The notes under the pieces are model-generated. The model searched no databases. It was not told where the DNA came from and saw only the letters and a list, made by a program, of their open reading frames with translations. From positions 4,836,001-4,900,000 of the forward strand of contig OZ361257.1 of the NCBI GenBank assembly GCA_977018835.1: a stretch of 64,000 nucleotides of DNA. The letters are read 5' to 3'. Below, piece by piece: positions 23,661 to 35,519 of this stretch. The DNA is from Minutocellus sp. GHC0000111 (lineage: Eukaryota). The position numbers were made by a program, and so were the translations under genes. Every line of letters starts with the position of its first letter. Within the stretch, counting starts at the first letter, position 1.

Positions 23661-24760
23661 CTACGTCGAATCGATGCTCGTGCTCCTTCTTCTTCTCCCA
23701 GAAGCAGAAGCATCAATCGATCGATGAGGAAATATCGTCCGTCGGCCGTTCTCTTGCTTTGGTGAGTTGCTGCCCCCAAAGAAGCGCTTGAGCTTCCTTC
23801 CGGCACTCTCCAGCGCCTCTTCCGTGCGTCCAGTAACGACCAGAGCTCGGGTGACGGACCGACCTTGCTTCACCTTGTTGACCTCCTTCACCTTGGCCTC
23901 GATGTCGTCTTGACTAAATCCCTGCCGCTTCAGCATGGCCTCACGCTTGGCCCAGCTTATATTCTCGACGCGACGACTCCGCCGGCCACGGCTGCGGTCC
24001 ATCATCTTTTGGCTCTCGTAGTCTTCGAGGTCGCGCGTTTCGCCTTGGCTGTACTGCCACGAGAGCTGGACCGGCGGACCGTACGAAACGCTGGGATTGT
24101 CCCCAATCGTCAAGACGTACTCTCGTATCTCGAGGTTGGTGAAGGAGATGGTGCGCTTGGGCTTGGTGCCTTCGTTGGAATTGCGTCGCTTGAGACAAGA
24201 CACGGATGCTGCTCGACGGAGAACAGGCGTTGCTTGTGAGGGAGATACTGGTGTGCCGTTGTCGTGCTCGGCTGGAGAACTCGAAGGGAGAATGACAGGC
24301 ATGGATGCTGATAGATCATTTTTGTAGCGCAGCGATGGCCCTTGGGTTGATTGGGAGGTATTTCTTTCGTCATTGGGACGCATCGGATTTTCATGAGATT
24401 TTTTTGCAAGCCTTGCGAACCTTCCGGAGTTTGTGGTTGATGGCAAGGACATGGTTGTTCTTCGTCGATATCGAGGCTGCCAAGGAAGAAGTCGCTGTCA
24501 GTATCATCGTCGTCATCTGGCTCCTCGACGACAATAATGGGCCGCGACGATCCTCCCCGGATTCCTCGGTTCATGGAATTATCCATTGGCAGGAAACTAT
24601 TCGACGTGGCGTTTCCGGTACCGTCGGAAAAGGACAACGACTCCGTTTCGGATATTGATGGCAACGACGATCGAGAGGATCCATCGAGCGACACCTTGCT
24701 GGAGTATCTTCGCAGCTGCTTCACGTCGGAGAGCTCGAGCATCGACTTGTTTTTTTTCAT
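23661..24760 (-). CDS. Hypothetical protein, frameshifted near 24450-24500
   Basis: MKKNKS...DIDEEQ frame (ATG 24760) switches to the MSLPSTT frame, which carries ISFTNLEIREY..TIGDNPSVSYGPPVQLSW (a motif I recall from diatom hypothetical proteins). No GT-AG intron seen at the switch. Confidence 0.65.
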
Positions 24761-25060
24761 TTCTGGGGTAAGTTGGATGGAATCACAGTAAATTGATACT
24801 GGTACTCTGCATGTACGGTCACCAATTCGTGGCCATCGATCCATTTGACTGTTTTTTTGGTGCCGTGAGGTTAAAAAGCTCCGGAAGTTCTCGCACCTCG
24901 CACGCCGCACACAAGGCAAAATCGTGTGCGTGGGAATTGGCCGAAATTGCCATCCTGCCTGACGACGACCAGACCATCTCAACGCGAACGCGAGCGAATT
25001 GCATGCTCATTTCGCCAACACCAGAAGGGAGGAACGACCAATTGGAACGACGAACATCAC

Positions 25061-26662
25061 ATGATGGGTTCCAACCGCATCTCCCTGTACCGCATTTCCT
25101 CTATCATTTCATTTACTTGTGCATTGCTCCTTTTAGTCTCTTCTTCTGCTTCAGCCCTGAGCACTGCTCCTAGAATGACGGCAGCAACGCGAATGGCCGC
25201 CGCCACCGCCGCCGCCGCCGCCAACGGTGGCTCCCAGCAACAGCTCAAGGTTGCCATCATCGGCGCCGGAGCGGCGGGTCTGACGGCGGCCCGGCAATTC
25301 GCCCGACGAGGCATCGAACCGGTCGTACTCGAAAAGGATTCCATTCCCGGCGGCGTTTGGAGCTACCACGAGAACGCACCCGATAGGCCCATGTACTCTG
25401 GCCTCCGCACAAATTTACCACGAGAGCTCATGGCCTACCGAGAGAAGCCGTGGGGTGGAGATGGCAAGACCAAGAGCTACGTTACCCATAAGCAGGTGTT
25501 GGAATATTTGGATGATTACTCCAAAGATTTTGGACTGAAGAAATACATTCGATATGGATGCAAGGTGTGTCAGCTGACGGTTCAGAGTGAAGAGCAAGAC
25601 GGAGACGACTCCAGATCGGCAGCTGCCGTTCCCAATGGGGAGCAGCCTTGGCCAAAGATCAAGTTGGAATGGGAGGCTGCTGGCAGTAACGAGAGTGACA
25701 GATCTAAGCAATCCGATATCTTTGATGCCGTGTGCATTTGCAATGGACATTACGCCAGGCCCTCCAGCCCGACTATTCCAGGACTAAACGAGAACTTCAA
25801 GGGCACAACGATGCACTCTGTCGAATACGACGATCCAAGCATATTTGCAGGAAAGACTGTGCTCTGCGTCGGAGGTAGAGCAAGTGGCAGTGATTTGGCG
25901 CGGGAAATTTCGCACCATGCATCCAAGGTCTACCTGTCGGACTCGGCATGCAAACCGTTGGAGGATGGGAAGCCGCGGAAGGACGGAAACGTTTTGTGGG
26001 TCCCGCGAACCATGTCGGTAGATGACGATGGGTCCATTCATTTTGATGGCTGCAACGACGCTCCTTCGGATGTTGATATCGTCATTTTCTGCTCAGGATA
26101 TGATTATCAATTTTCATTCATCAACGACAAATCCAATTTGGATGTATCCTGCGTTTCGGGTGAAAGACGAGTCGCACCGCTCTATGAGCAGCTTTGGCAC
26201 GCTCGCTATCCAAATCTCAGCTTTGCGGGGTTGCAGCACAGCGTTGTGCCATTTCCATTCTTCGAGCTGCAAACGCAAGCCGTGGTGGCAAATTTGGTCG
26301 GTGAGGCGCCAGTTCCTCTTCCCAACCTGGAGGCTCGATTGAAGGCGGCAAAAGTTGACGCCGAATCGGGCGGTCCAAACGATCCTGGTAGAGTTGAGGA
26401 TACGCACTTTTTGGGATCATATCAATGGGATGCTTGTCGCAAGTATGCCAAGCTTGCTGGCGTTTATGATGAGGCAACGGAGAACTTTATTGCTACCAAC
26501 AAGGCGATTTATGACCACTCTGGAGGCCGGAGAAAGGGTCTGTTTCCTGGTGGCCCCGATACGTACCGAGAAGACTTGTATGTTCGGCAAGAAGATGAGC
26601 AAAGTTTTGATGTGCAAGTAGCTGAGGCCGATGCAGTCGTCGCGGAGGCTGCAACAGCTTAA
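25061..26662 (+). CDS. Flavin-containing monooxygenase (FMO family)
   Basis: GAGAAG FAD motif, GGVW, FKGTTMHSVEY (FxGxxxHxxxY), GGRASGSD NADPH motif, FCSGY. Confidence 0.92.
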   Translation: MMGSNRISLYRISSIISFTCALLLLVSSSASALSTAPRMTAATRMAAATAAAAANGGSQQQLKVAIIGAGAAGLTAARQFARRGIEPVVLEKDSIPGGVWSYHENAPDRPMYSGLRTNLPRELMAYREKPWGGDGKTKSYVTHKQVLEYLDDYSKDFGLKKYIRYGCKVCQLTVQSEEQDGDDSRSAAAVPNGEQPWPKIKLEWEAAGSNESDRSKQSDIFDAVCICNGHYARPSSPTIPGLNENFKGTTMHSVEYDDPSIFAGKTVLCVGGRASGSDLAREISHHASKVYLSDSACKPLEDGKPRKDGNVLWVPRTMSVDDDGSIHFDGCNDAPSDVDIVIFCSGYDYQFSFINDKSNLDVSCVSGERRVAPLYEQLWHARYPNLSFAGLQHSVVPFPFFELQTQAVVANLVGEAPVPLPNLEARLKAAKVDAESGGPNDPGRVEDTHFLGSYQWDACRKYAKLAGVYDEATENFIATNKAIYDHSGGRRKGLFPGGPDTYREDLYVRQEDEQSFDVQVAEADAVVAEAATA

Positions 26663-26746
26663 AATTATTAGAATATTACCTACTAGAAAAAGCCACGTAT
26701 GCCAGATGTTCACTCATTCGACATTTACGCCCGATCGCAAACTACT

Positions 26747-27109
26747 CTATCGGCCAAAATCTACCTTGTTCACATCCTCCTCTTTGACGTGTGTGGTATT
26801 GCCCATAAATCTACTACTTGTACTTGCTTGTTCTCCCATCAATGTTCTCGATTTCGGGTTGTTATCGGCACTGTCAAACTTGACGGGACATGCAGCCAAA
26901 AGGAATGATTTGATACTTTCACCGAACGAAGGGATGCCATCGTCGGCACTGGCGACATCGTCAGGCCTCTTCTCCTCACCCCAAGGCGACGTAACGAGCT
27001 GGTAGACACCAATTCCTATGGATGCTCCGAGGGCTGCAAACACGGCCTTCTCACTACCAGACATGAGATGAGGTGGCCGCTTGAGGCCGTGAGGATATCG
27101 TGGCGGCAT
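26747..27109 (-). CDS. Small hypothetical single-pass membrane protein
   Basis: ATG 27109 (MPPRYPHG); one hydrophobic segment AVFAALGASIGIGVYQLV; fills the gap between neighbouring genes. Confidence 0.5.
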   Translation of the reverse strand: MPPRYPHGLKRPPHLMSGSEKAVFAALGASIGIGVYQLVTSPWGEEKRPDDVASADDGIPSFGESIKSFLLAACPVKFDSADNNPKSRTLMGEQASTSSRFMGNTTHVKEEDVNKVDFGR

Positions 27110-27496
27110 TTTTTTTGGCTGATCGAATTGCGGATGTGCCACACAGAGAATGCTCGATAGACGATGGGACGAACGATGCCAGTGACAACTCGCTGCCTTT
27201 AGCCAATGCCTTACAATACAATGCAGTGCTGGTTTCGAGCCCCCGGCACGTTCTCGGCCTCTGCGTCATCGTCATTCGGCAGCTCGCTCGTCAGTCAGCT
27301 CGATGTGATGATGGAAAAACATTTTCCACGTTTTTATGACATCAGCATTGAAAACCCGGAGGCGGACCAATGCTGAAAAGAGTGCGAGTTGCTCACAGAT
27401 GCAAATAAGTGGGACTAAGTAAAGGATCGACCCTGATCGATCCTGTGGAATTCATGCTACATAGTACTCTCCACCGTGCATCTAGATCAGATAACG

Positions 27497-28675
27497 ATGA
27501 GATCTAATGGCGAGCATGTCAAGGCAACAGCCGCAAGCAGTGGGATCTCGGTCCGAGCGGTCATTGGGCTGCTGATACTGACCAACGCTCTTGTCTACCA
27601 ATTGTCCACGCTGAATCGGACCGGTGCGACAAACGATTTGATCAGTGCGGCCACGAGCAGCATTGGAATTATCGCTTCTGCTGCCAATGCAAGTGGGAGT
27701 GTTCGAGGATCGGCTACAAGCAGCAGCACATCATCTCGTTACGCCCTGGAAATACCTCAGGGTGAGGCCGAGGCGTTGCCTTCCGTTCGCATCAGCGAGG
27801 AGGAATCTGCCAAGGACGACCGAAAGATTTATGGTGGAGCTGGCGATAAGAAGCACTTAGGTGGATTTACCGAGGTTGATATTCATGGCATAGCTCCAAT
27901 GGTGTGGAAGGACATGGTGAAGTACTTTGGTATCAAGTCGATTATTGATGTTGGATGCGGCAGAGGAATTAGTACCAGCTGGTTCGTCACGCATGGATTG
28001 GATACTCTATGCGTGGAGGGCAGTCATGATGCTGTCGAGAGGACAATGGTGCCCGATCCATCGATCATTACCGAACACGACTTCTCCCGCGGCCCATGGT
28101 GGCCGGGCCGTACTCTTGATGCCGTTTGGAGTGTGGAGTTTTTGGAGCACGTTGGTAGGAATTATCACCAGAACTACATTCCCATCTTCCGAAAGGCAGC
28201 GTTTATTTTCGTTACAAGTAGCCGATGGGGTGGATGGCATCATGTAGAGGTTCATCCCGACGAATGGTGGATCGAAAAGTACAAAAGCTATGGCTTCGTT
28301 TTTTCGCAAACGTTGACGGATCGAGTTCGTGCGAAAGCCATGGAAGACAAGTTGTTCAAGTTCCCTCTTGGAGAAGTTCCGGGACAAGGAGATAAGTTCA
28401 ATCCCCAGCATGTGTTTCTATCCATGAAGGCTTTTATCAATCCGGCCGTTGCGTCGCTGCCAGAACATCAGCACTTGTTTGCCGAGCATGGGTGTTATAA
28501 GGATCGCGATGCAGGTAGTGGCAAAATTACCAATCGAGTTTGTGGCGAAGGGAAGGGCGGCGAAACGGAATCAGTTCTACCCCCGGAATACCTGCCATTG
28601 GAATTGACCGATGATCAAGATAAGGCATGGGTCGATATCCTCAAGGCTAATATCAAATTGCCGTCGAGTAGATAG
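27497..28675 (+). CDS. Membrane-anchored class I SAM-dependent methyltransferase
   Basis: N-terminal TM helix; IIDVGCGRG motif I; WSVEFLEH; GGWHHV. Confidence 0.85.
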   Translation: MRSNGEHVKATAASSGISVRAVIGLLILTNALVYQLSTLNRTGATNDLISAATSSIGIIASAANASGSVRGSATSSSTSSRYALEIPQGEAEALPSVRISEEESAKDDRKIYGGAGDKKHLGGFTEVDIHGIAPMVWKDMVKYFGIKSIIDVGCGRGISTSWFVTHGLDTLCVEGSHDAVERTMVPDPSIITEHDFSRGPWWPGRTLDAVWSVEFLEHVGRNYHQNYIPIFRKAAFIFVTSSRWGGWHHVEVHPDEWWIEKYKSYGFVFSQTLTDRVRAKAMEDKLFKFPLGEVPGQGDKFNPQHVFLSMKAFINPAVASLPEHQHLFAEHGCYKDRDAGSGKITNRVCGEGKGGETESVLPPEYLPLELTDDQDKAWVDILKANIKLPSSR

Positions 28676-29001
28676 ATAGGCAGGCACACATGTGTATGAA
28701 GAGTCATCTGGATTTTTGGGATGGGTTGCACGCATGCCGATGCCTTTCTCAAACCCATCCCATTTTTTGTTTACATAGATCTACATGTATTAGAATTTCA
28801 TCAATGCAAAGTTCAGTTGACCTACACCATTGTTGAATAGCGGTAACCTACATGTATCTCAAGTTTGGACCAAATATTCGAGATGAGAGGCCTGATGATC
28901 GCGATCTTTATCTACGTATTAGGTTATGAGCACATGCCACCGTTGCCGGCAGGCTCGCGTGGTGTCCCAAATTTGAACCGTCCAATCCAAACCAAGCAAC
29001 C

Positions 29002-30615
29002 ATGCGTATCACCGCCCTCGTCCTCGCCTCGGCCGCCTCGGCGGCTGCCTTTTCCAGCCCCTCCACCCCCGCGGCCCGCATTGCTAATGTACGTTTGGCA
29101 TGTTGAAGCAAAATTATGGCGCAAGTCGGCAAAAGCAGCACATGTTGTGTTGGATTTGAAAGTGCAGGCACTAACAACAGTCCTCCGGAGTTGTTTGGAG
29201 TCGGACCTGCATCCAAGATACCACCGGCCTCAGAGATTGTCGATAATGACCATGCTTGAAACTGGACTTTCGGCCCATATAGCCACAATAGAGTTGGCGT
29301 ATGCTGTTCGAATTCCGAGCCCAAAAATAATTGATATGCCATTTCCAGAACCCTTTTTTTAACGCCCTCATGTTTTCTCACTACATTTGTGCCTTCGTGC
29401 GTTCTCATTCACTTCCCTCGGCGAATCTGACTTGTCTGGGCGTGAATATTTCGTTGGGGGATTAAATTGCATATCGAATGGACCGAATGGTGAATGCGTG
29501 CGTATTTGAATTGGTGTCGATCTGCAACTGCTCAGGTGCAAAAGTTTTTTGCCTCGCCCATGGCCGTCACTCCGGCCTTTGCCTCGGGACCCAAGATGAG
29601 CTTTGCCATGAAGATGACCGAAGCCGCCGCCGAGGGTGGAGAGGAGAAGAGCCTCGGAAAGAAGATCTTCGACGCCTACACCAAGACCGCCAACGTCGCC
29701 ACCACCCTCTTCCCCGTCTGGACTGTCCTGTGCTCCGGTATCGCCCTTAAGAACCCCGCCGCCTTCGACTGGTTCTCGACCGAGTACTTCACCGCCGCCC
29801 TTGCCGCTCTCATGCTTTCCATGGGCATCACCCTCACCCCCCAGGATTTCGTCGACGTCGCCTCCAAGCCCGTCCCCGTTATCATGCAGTTCCTTCTCTG
29901 CTACGTTATGATGCCCCTCCTTGCCCTCGGCCTTGGTAAGGGCTTCGCCGTCGACCCCGCCCTCCTTGCCGGTATGGTCCTCGTCGGCTCTATCAACGGA
30001 GGTCAGGCTTCGAACCTCTGCACGTACATTGCCAAGGGCAACGTTGCTCTTTCCGTCCTCATGACGACCGCCACCACCGTCGGTGCCATCTTCATGACCC
30101 CCCTTCTCTGCAAGTCCCTTCTCGGTGCCGTCGTCCCCGTCGATGCCGCTGGTATTGCCAAGTCCACCATTGAGGTCGTCCTTGCCCCCATCGCCCTTGG
30201 TATGACCCTGAACAAGTTCTTCCCCAAGGCCGTCAAGGCCATTCTCCCCTTCGCTCCTGTCGTCGGCGTCGTCTCCACTTGCCTCCTTGTCGCCTCGGCC
30301 GTCGCACAGGTTGCCGAGCCCATCCTCAACGCCGGTATGTCCCTTCAGATCCCCATCCTCCTCCTTCACCTTATTGGTGGCCTCGTCGGCTATGGCCTTC
30401 CCCGTGTTACCGGCTTCAGCGAGACCTCCTCCCGTACCATGGCTATTGAGACCTCGATGAAGTCCTCTGCGTTCGGCTTCTTGTTGGCCAAGCTTCACTT
30501 CGGTGATTATGCCGCCCGCATCCCCTCGGCTGTCAGTGTTGTGTGGATGGCTCTTTCCGGATCGATCCTTGCCGTCATCTGGCGATACATCCCCGTTCCC
30601 GAGGGAGATGAGTAA
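29002..30615 (+). CDS. Plastid bile acid:sodium symporter family transporter (BASS2-like); exons 29002-29088 and 29536-30615
   Basis: Exon 1 MRITALVLASAASAAA|FSSP; phase-0 intron GTACGT(29089)...CTCAG(29535); LMLSMGITL, GGQASN and RTMAIETSMKSS motifs; strong C-ending codon bias. Confidence 0.9.
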
Positions 30616-30907
30616 ACTTGCGTGGTGACACAAAACAAAAGAAAGGAAATTTATGCATGTCATTTGAAATTACTCGGGATGGTTGATTGATGAGTGGCTG
30701 GGCATTCGAATAGTCACGTCACTGCTTTGGGTTGCAGAATTTCGACAGTACATGGTCAGATTTTGTGAGCTGCAACCCACACATACGTCCCGCTGGTCCT
30801 GAAATATTGGACCTCCTCTACGTTAGCTAAGCTAGCCGGTTGCTAATGCTACGTGCATTTGTGCAAAGCAATGTGAAGTGCTGTACGACGTAGTTACATT
30901 TCTTTAG

Positions 30908-32236
30908 CTAATCAAATGATGGCGGCGAGGTTTTAGCGGCCCTCTTTAACGCGGCCAGCAAATCTGCCTTGCGTTCTTGGCTATTTTATTCTGCGCTAAT
31001 CGCGAAGAGGCCACATAGGTTCGCATATGGCTTCACTTCCGATTCATCCACCGCCATGCGTTTTGAATCGCCCATGTCGCCTACAGCAGCTGCATTATAT
31101 TTTGTAAGGTGTGCTTCACCCGCCACAAAATCTAGATTTGTATCAGACTTAAGACATGTGTATGACTCATCCTTCCCTTGGCAATTTATTATCGGACCTA
31201 ACTTGCACAGCACACCGCCATGGGCTTCAATAACAGCCTGGGCGCCCGCAGTATCCCATCGGGAAACACCCCTATCTTGAATGTAGGCTTTCCCTTTCTT
31301 TTCCAGAAGCATGAGCATCGTGTTGCCTGCTCCACCAGACGGAGTGCGCGGGTAGTCCAGTTCCTTCACCAGCTCCTCGATAAACGGCGATATACTACCG
31401 TTTGATGTCAGGAGGCCGGCGTTGTCGCTCTCGTCCTTTGACGCCATGCTCAGATTGGAATCTGAGTATCCCTCGGGTTTGGCACCGGCTGCCCACGTCG
31501 GTTTGCCGGACAGAGGCCGGTATACGACACCAGCCACAGGCACGCCAGAATCGTCTGAAAACCCAACACATATGCTACATTGCTCTCCTTTTCCGGTGGA
31601 AAACTCTCTTGTTCCATCGATTGGGTCCAAGAAGGCGGTTAGTGATCGGTATGTACCGTCTTGATCTGATTCGCTTAGGTATTGCTTTTTGGCCTTGGCC
31701 ACTTGACTTTTCGCTTCTTGTATTTTCTCCACAAATTCAGAAGGTATTTCCAAATCATCGACGGTGTAAGGCTCGGTATCTAGGTTGACGTCGCACTCTT
31801 CCTCGCCGACAATATTACCGACGATTCCATCGAACAGCTCTTCGATAAGGAGATGCTGTACCAGACCATCTGCGATTGTAAAGGCAGAGTTGTCCGCCTT
31901 GGTCTTGGCACCTTTTTTGGATTCCGACGAATTGATGGAATCATACAGGGATGAGATCGTTGGAGTGAGCGCCTCGCATGCGTCAAGAGTTGCCTTGCAC
32001 AGCGTTTCGAGTGGGCCAGCAGTGCTTGCAGTGGGTGCGTTGTCAGCATCTGACATGTTGACGAAGCCAATGTGTGTTGGCCTCTTGCGTGATGTCGTGC
32101 TGTGGAAGGCTGCTGCCGGGCTGACCACCCTGTATCCAGAGCAAAAGAATGCGAAAGTAGCAATAAGCGAGGGTCGAAGGCAACACCGGGCACCAGCCAT
32201 CGCAACAGCAGCACGTGCCGCCGTTGTGCTCAGCAT
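30908..32236 (-). CDS. Inositol monophosphatase / 3'(2'),5'-bisphosphate nucleotidase family; in-frame TAA at 30988-30986 may be premature
   Basis: K.D.S.FTIAD, VGEEE, LDPIDGTREF and WDTAG motifs; 25 open codons after the TAA end ...KTSPPSFD* at 30908. Confidence 0.85.
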
Positions 32237-32277
32237 CTCGTGCTGTTGGCTGCGTGGTTTTGTGGCAAGTGCTGTGA

Positions 32278-32868
32278 GAAAGCATCAAAGAGGACACCTC
32301 CTCGTTTAGCCCCTCTTCCTTGTTCAAGGGAATCCCCCTTCTCTCCGGTCATGGTTTTTATGTACTTTATTTTGCGCCTGAACGCCTGGTCACTTTTGGC
32401 AAACGAGACTTTTTGTTTGTGTCTGTGTCCGATGTGCCAAGGTCAGATGGTGTGCTGGTTTCGGGAACGGTCAGTGTTGTTACGCCCAAATATCCACGTG
32501 TGGAGGGCTATGTGAGAGCGTATCAAGACAGTATTGGTTTCTATGAGCCTCATCCTGATGACCCAGCAACGGGTGAGCCTCGGACATCCGTGACGATTGT
32601 TTGTCGTATAGATTTGAACGATTCATCGCCGGACGGTGTTGGAGGTTTCGTACCAATGTGGCTCTATACGCAAACAATCGGGTTGAGCGGCAGCTCGTCG
32701 TTGGCTAAAATGAGGAAACAGATGCGTCTGGAGATGGAGGAAAGACGTGCGCTGGCAGAAGGACGGACGTTTGAGGGCTTTGATACCGGGCGCACAAAGA
32801 CCAAACTTTATGGGATTACATTCTTTGCGCTCTTTGCTGGACTGCATTGTCTAAAACAGTGGTTGTGA
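32278..32868 (+). pseudogene. 5'-truncated START-like lipid-binding domain fragment with a C-terminal hydrophobic tail
   Basis: KRDFLFV, SV..PKYP...GYVRA and IDL...GG.VP.WL match the C-terminal half of START domains. No ATG before them, in-frame TGA at 32275, and only about 40 bp to the divergent IMPase ORF. Confidence 0.55.
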
Positions 32869-33030
32869 TTGATCCATAATATGCTATCCAGGGGCTCCAT
32901 GGTAAACATAAAAAACCTATATGTAACCTATATTTCATGGTAGTTACTACAGCATTAGCATCCAGGCATGAAAATGCTTGATAATGTTCAATGCACATAA
33001 TATCTCTTGGCTCTGGCATAGTTCTGCGGT

Positions 33031-33288
33031 TTACTTCTCCAACACATCCTCCAGATCCATGGAGCATCGGGTCCACGCTGCGCCCATACCGACTCCGCCG
33101 CCAAAGGCAGTGATGACCTTTCGGGAGGCCCCGCCCCCTCGTGCCAGGACGATGCTGGCCAGAGCACCGGCCGCCAATCCAGCTCCGACGTACCACGTGC
33201 CACGTTCCAATCCCTCCTTGATGGTGGCCGATACTACCTGATCCGAGGGTAGAGACGAGATGTCCGTCTTTTGTTGCGAGGATGACAT
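33031..33288 (-). CDS. MIC10: MICOS subunit Mic10
   Basis: 85 aa, two Gly-rich TM helices (GAGLAAG; FGGGVGMGAAW) with a basic loop. Confidence 0.8.
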   Translation of the reverse strand: MSSSQQKTDISSLPSDQVVSATIKEGLERGTWYVGAGLAAGALASIVLARGGGASRKVITAFGGGVGMGAAWTRCSMDLEDVLEK

Positions 33289-33898
33289 ATTACTTCTGTG
33301 CTATTGCTGCTTTGTCCCAATGTGCCAATTAGGTAGTCCGGTCGGGTTCTCTTTCCGCTCGGAGTCCCGACAATATTTTTGCTTTGCTGCATGCAGACAA
33401 CAATCAACCCAAATCATTCCGCCATCAACAGCACAGCCCAGACACCACGCCCGTAAAAAAAGAAAAAATATGAAAAGGTGAGAAAGAAGATGACACGGTA
33501 ATACCACGATCACTGACCTTATTCACATACTGCTGCGATGTCCATCATGCACGCACAGCCAGAAACCGACACGAGCAACCTTCTCGCGAGCGTTCGCTGA
33601 AATGAAACCGGCGGCGCTGTTGAACCAGCTCATCACATGCTTCACTCTAAAAAAAGCAAGGCAAAATTAAGTACACCAAGCCCTCCCAAAGCAACGTATC
33701 TGGGGGCAGCTGGTATCGATGTGCCAACCGTCTCTTCTGGTGAAATAAATGTGCTTTGGAGGTCACTGCGAGGTTGCGAGGTCCGGCGCGAGGTCTTTTT
33801 CTCGACGGCGGCTGCCCGCGCATCACGATGACGCACTTTGCCTTTCGATCGATCGATTTCACTTTCACTTTGCTCACTTTTTCGCTGACTCAACAACA

Positions 33899-35259
33899 AT
33901 GGCGTCTCGACCAACCCTCCTCGCCACCGCGGCCGCAGCCGCCGCCTTGCTTTCTTCACAGGGAAGCGAAGCATTTGTTGTCCCTTCTGCGCCGGCAAAT
34001 TTCGCCGCCCAGCAGTCGCTCCATGCAAGCCGTAGTAGCCCATCATCATTACCACGTGTAGGCCGGGCCGTTCGAAGTAGCGCTCTGTATTCCACCTCTA
34101 CCGATCTGCCCGAGATTGCCACCATGCGGGCCGGCGAGATCAAGAAGGAGCTGGAGAGCTACGGCATCTCGACCAAGAGCTTTCTGGAAAAGAGCGAGCT
34201 GGTTGATGCACTCACCAAGGCACGAGCCGAGGGAAAAACGCCCATCGCTTCTTCGACATCTACTTCAACTTCTACTGCTTCTACTAGTACTGCCTCCACC
34301 GATGGAGCGAGTCGCAAAAAGAAGAAGAAGGTGCGATCCGAAACGGCGGAAGATGCGGCACCGCCCACGGGCGCCGAGCGCGAAAAGCGCATCGCCGAGG
34401 AGATGGCAAAGTGCCAGAGCATGAAGGCCGGCGAGCTCAAGGCCGAGCTGCAATCCCTGGGCGTATCGACCAAGAGCTTCTTTGAGAAGAGCGAATTTGT
34501 CAAGGCTTTGGCCGAGGCACGTGTCGATGGTGTGAAGAAAGCGTCGGTGGGTGGCGGTGCCGTCGATGAGGAGGGATATGCCGAGTACAAGGCTGCCGAC
34601 GTGGAGGTGCTGACGGATGACAGGTCGGGCCCACGAAAGAAGTCCAGAGATGGTGGTAGCGCTGGTGGTGGGGCCGGTCCTGGTGGACCTGGAGCTGGGG
34701 GCAATCCATTCGGTGGTGGCATGCCTGGAGGAATGCCCGGTGGTATGGGCGGCATGGACATGGGCAATATCGCCGATATGTTGAAGAACATGGGGATGGG
34801 AGGAGCCGGAGGTGGTGCGCCAAAGGGTGCCAATCCCTTTGGTGGTGCAGGCGGATCGACTCCCTTCGGCGGTGCCAATCCATTCTCTGGCGGTATGCCA
34901 GGAGGAATGGGCGGCATGGGAGGGATGGGCGACGCCATGGACAAGGGACAAGAGATGATGAAGAACCCCGAGGTCATGAAACTCATGCAAGAGGCTCAGT
35001 CCAATCCTAGAATCATGTCCGCGATGACCGAATGCATGTCCAACCCGGCAGCTATGAGCAAATATATCAACGACCCGGAAATTGGCACATTCAGTGAGTA
35101 AATGCGGTGTTTTTCGCTGTTACTATCTATGACACTATCTCTCCAGCAACATTACGGTGTTTCGTATAATCACTTCTTCTAACCCTCTTACCTGCTTTAA
35201 TATTGTTTTATTTTCTCCTTTTGTTCGCAGTGAAAAAGTTCCAAAAGCTAATGGGTTGA
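33899..35259 (+). CDS. Plastid-targeted protein with two SAP/HeH-like repeats, a Gly/Met-rich linker and a C-terminal STI1-like domain; exons 33899-35093 and 35231-35259
   Basis: SEA|FVVP presequence; repeats MRAGEIKKELESYGISTKSFLEKSELVDAL and MKAGELKAELQSLGVSTKSFFEKSEFVKAL; MMKNPE..SNPR..SNPAAMSKYINDPEI; intron GTGAGT(35094)...CGCAG(35230) restores MKKFQKLMG*. Confidence 0.85.
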
Positions 35260-35519
35260 GGTAGATAACTTCAACGACAATACAGCATTAATGCCGCTTT
35301 TCTTTAGCTGAATAACTTAATATTTGGTGTTATATCTCGTCTTAATAATGGTAGCTTTGCCGTTTTCAATGAGAATTCGGCTTCAGTGTCCCCCTCGACA
35401 CTGTGGTTATCTGGGTGCGTTTCTTATAATTTTTTTTGTTTTTTCTGGTATTTTGGTTTGTTGCATTCCAGTTTTGGATTGCTTTGATTTGTCAAGTAAG
35501 AGGTGGTGCCGCTGTGGTT

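Noticed and set aside
29368..30663. 431-aa antisense ORF over the BASS gene (and similar shadows such as 34159-34986)
   Set aside because: Explained by the strong codon bias of the sense gene; no protein motif.
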